A stretch of 33,611 nucleotides of DNA from NCBI GenBank assembly GCA_003990765.1, contig RBNJ01000303.1, positions 1 through 33,611 of the forward strand. Reading direction: 5' to 3'. The stretch comes from Jimgerdemannia flammicorona. Lineage: Eukaryota. A model generated the notes under the pieces. It was not told the DNA's origin. It did not search any database and was given only the letters and a program-made list of their open reading frames with translations. Positions 31,944-33,611 of the stretch are shown here, in pieces. Every line of letters starts with the position of its first letter. Within the stretch, counting starts at the first letter, position 1. The position numbers were made by a program, and so were the translations under genes.

Positions 31944-33611
31944 ATGAGCTACCTTCAGAAGTTCCATGGTGCAGACAATGAAGATATCGAGGAATTCTTT
32001 GGAGAAATTGAAGTTCAAGCAGCCGCCAAACAATGGGATGCTGCAAGAAAACTCAGAATCGTGGAGTCACTCCTGAGAGGACTGGCCCTACAGGGGTATA
32101 ATCAAGCCAAGCAAGCCGGAGGAGGAATCCATATAGAGGAACTGAATGACGGCCTTCAACCTGATAGAAACTATGTAGCAAGATACATGATTCACAAAGC
32201 CTGGCTCCGTGCCCAGTTCAATGGATTCGAGCACCAACAAGAAGCACAGGAGGCTTTGACCTATATGAGCCAAGCTGCCAATGAAACTCCCAAGAGTTTC
32301 TACCATTGGATTCAAGCTCAAATGATTAAGGCGAACCTTCAACCAGCAGTCCAACTGGCTCTAGCCTCAACTACCTTCCTCAATGGCTTATACCCAGAAC
32401 TCCAAAGGCAAGTTATCAGGATGGGATATTGAAACATTGAACAGCAAGTTGCTGGAGCACAAGGATGTTGGGAAGCAGATTATAGACCAGTACAACAAGT
32501 ACAAGGCTATCCTGAGCCAATCCGAGCTGAAACCCCAAGGACCAGAGAAACAACCATGGAGCAAGAGAATGCTTTTCTCAGAGCCCAGATAGCCAACTAT
32601 GAGAACAGACCAGCACCCACAAATCCGACTCCATTCAGGCAACCACAGCAGCAGCCACCATCAAGAGTTCAAGAAGACCCTATGACAACACTCACCAAGC
32701 AAATGAAGGACCTGGCCATCGTGGTTGCCCAGCTGAACAACCAAGGTAGAAGACAACAAGACTACCGTCGTGATAACAGACCAGACTACTGGCAACAAGA
32801 CAACAGAGGTCCTGCCCCTGCACTACCAGCTGCAACTACAGTCTCATCAGCGACTGGTTCCTATGGTCCCACCTACTTCAACTGCAGAAATCAAGGCCAC
32901 ATCCAGAGGAATTGTCCAAGGAACCAACCCACCCAGTCCAATGACAGAAATGTCAACCTCTTTCAGGTAGATGAAGAGACTCAGGAGATGGAAGAAGAAG
33001 CAGCCTGGCTCCATGGTCAAGAAGATGACATCTACCTGTACTTCGAGGCTTTTCCATCCAAGGTGACATGGGAAGCTGCCCCCGCAGAGACCAGAGAACG
33101 AGGAAGACCACGAAGGAACCTCCCACCTCAACTGCCAGTAACAATATCCACAGGCAAGCATCCGCGACATGGCCACTCTTCTTCAGATACTCCACAAGAA
33201 CAAGAGAAGCGAGCTAGAAGAGATACTCCTGAACCAGAAGCTGGACCATCTAGGACAACCCCCAGCTCTACCCTGCCAGACCTTGAAGAAGATGAGCATA
33301 TGAGCATAGAATCTTCAGCTGACGAAATGCCCATCAGGAATGAGAGACTACACCCCAAGGGACCAAGACACCAAAGAAGCAGCAAACCCCATGCAGCAGC
33401 CTCACTTTGGGAACATATCCGCCTACAGAATGCTGGTCTTACAGTTGAGCAAGTCCTCAAGAATGCACCAGAAGTCAGGCGAAAATTCCTGAAAGAAGCC
33501 AAGGAAGATACCAAGAGACTTCCAGTCCAAGGACCACACACTCAAGAACCTAGCACTATCCACACAGTCCATGAGAGCCAGTGACATGAACATCAATCTA
33601 CAAGACTCGCC
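31944..33611 (+). pseudogene. gag (probably gag-pol) of family B, interrupted by TGA codons
   Basis: LQKFHGADNEDIEEFF...W...KLRIVESLLRGLAL, MSQAANETPKSFY...FLNGL, and the zinc knuckle YFNCRNQGHIQRNC (first Cys TGC>TAC). The frame is maintained through TGA at 32430 and 33582. Confidence 0.88.

Larger units (their letters stand above)
28511..33611 (+). mobile_element. 5' part of a younger Gypsy-like LTR retrotransposon (family B): long LTR, PBS, gag; continues beyond the window
   Basis: Sharp compositional boundary at TGTGAC after (TA)n, TCACA at 31041-31045 followed by a PBS, and a gag with a capsid-like region and zinc knuckle. pol is not in the window, so Gypsy assignment is inferred. Confidence 0.85.

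Overview
Fungal genomic DNA. The intron-rich, GC-rich genes suggest an early-diverging (Mucoromycota-like) fungus, which is an inference. The first ~9.8 kb holds two minus-strand spliced genes: HID1/ECM30 (1619-5779) and a secreted GH81 endo-beta-1,3-glucanase (6498-9537) followed by a decayed CBM52-like tail. After a CpG-rich 24-bp minisatellite and an A23 tract the sequence switches abruptly to ~23.5 kb of nested retroelements with RIP-like C>T/G>A hypermutation. These are: (1) a full-length Ty3/Gypsy element (family A, 11112-17732) with a dUTPase between protease and RT and an extra ORF after integrase; (2) a second, inverted partial copy of family A; (3) an endonuclease-less Penelope-like element with a hairpin-rich 5' fold-back; (4) a Copia RT fragment; and (5) the 5' part of a younger Gypsy-like element (family B) whose apparent 2.5-kb LTR encodes a ~330-360 aa protein. 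That LTR-encoded protein shares a motif with the post-integrase ORF of family A, pointing to a conserved accessory gene of unknown function in these retrotransposons.
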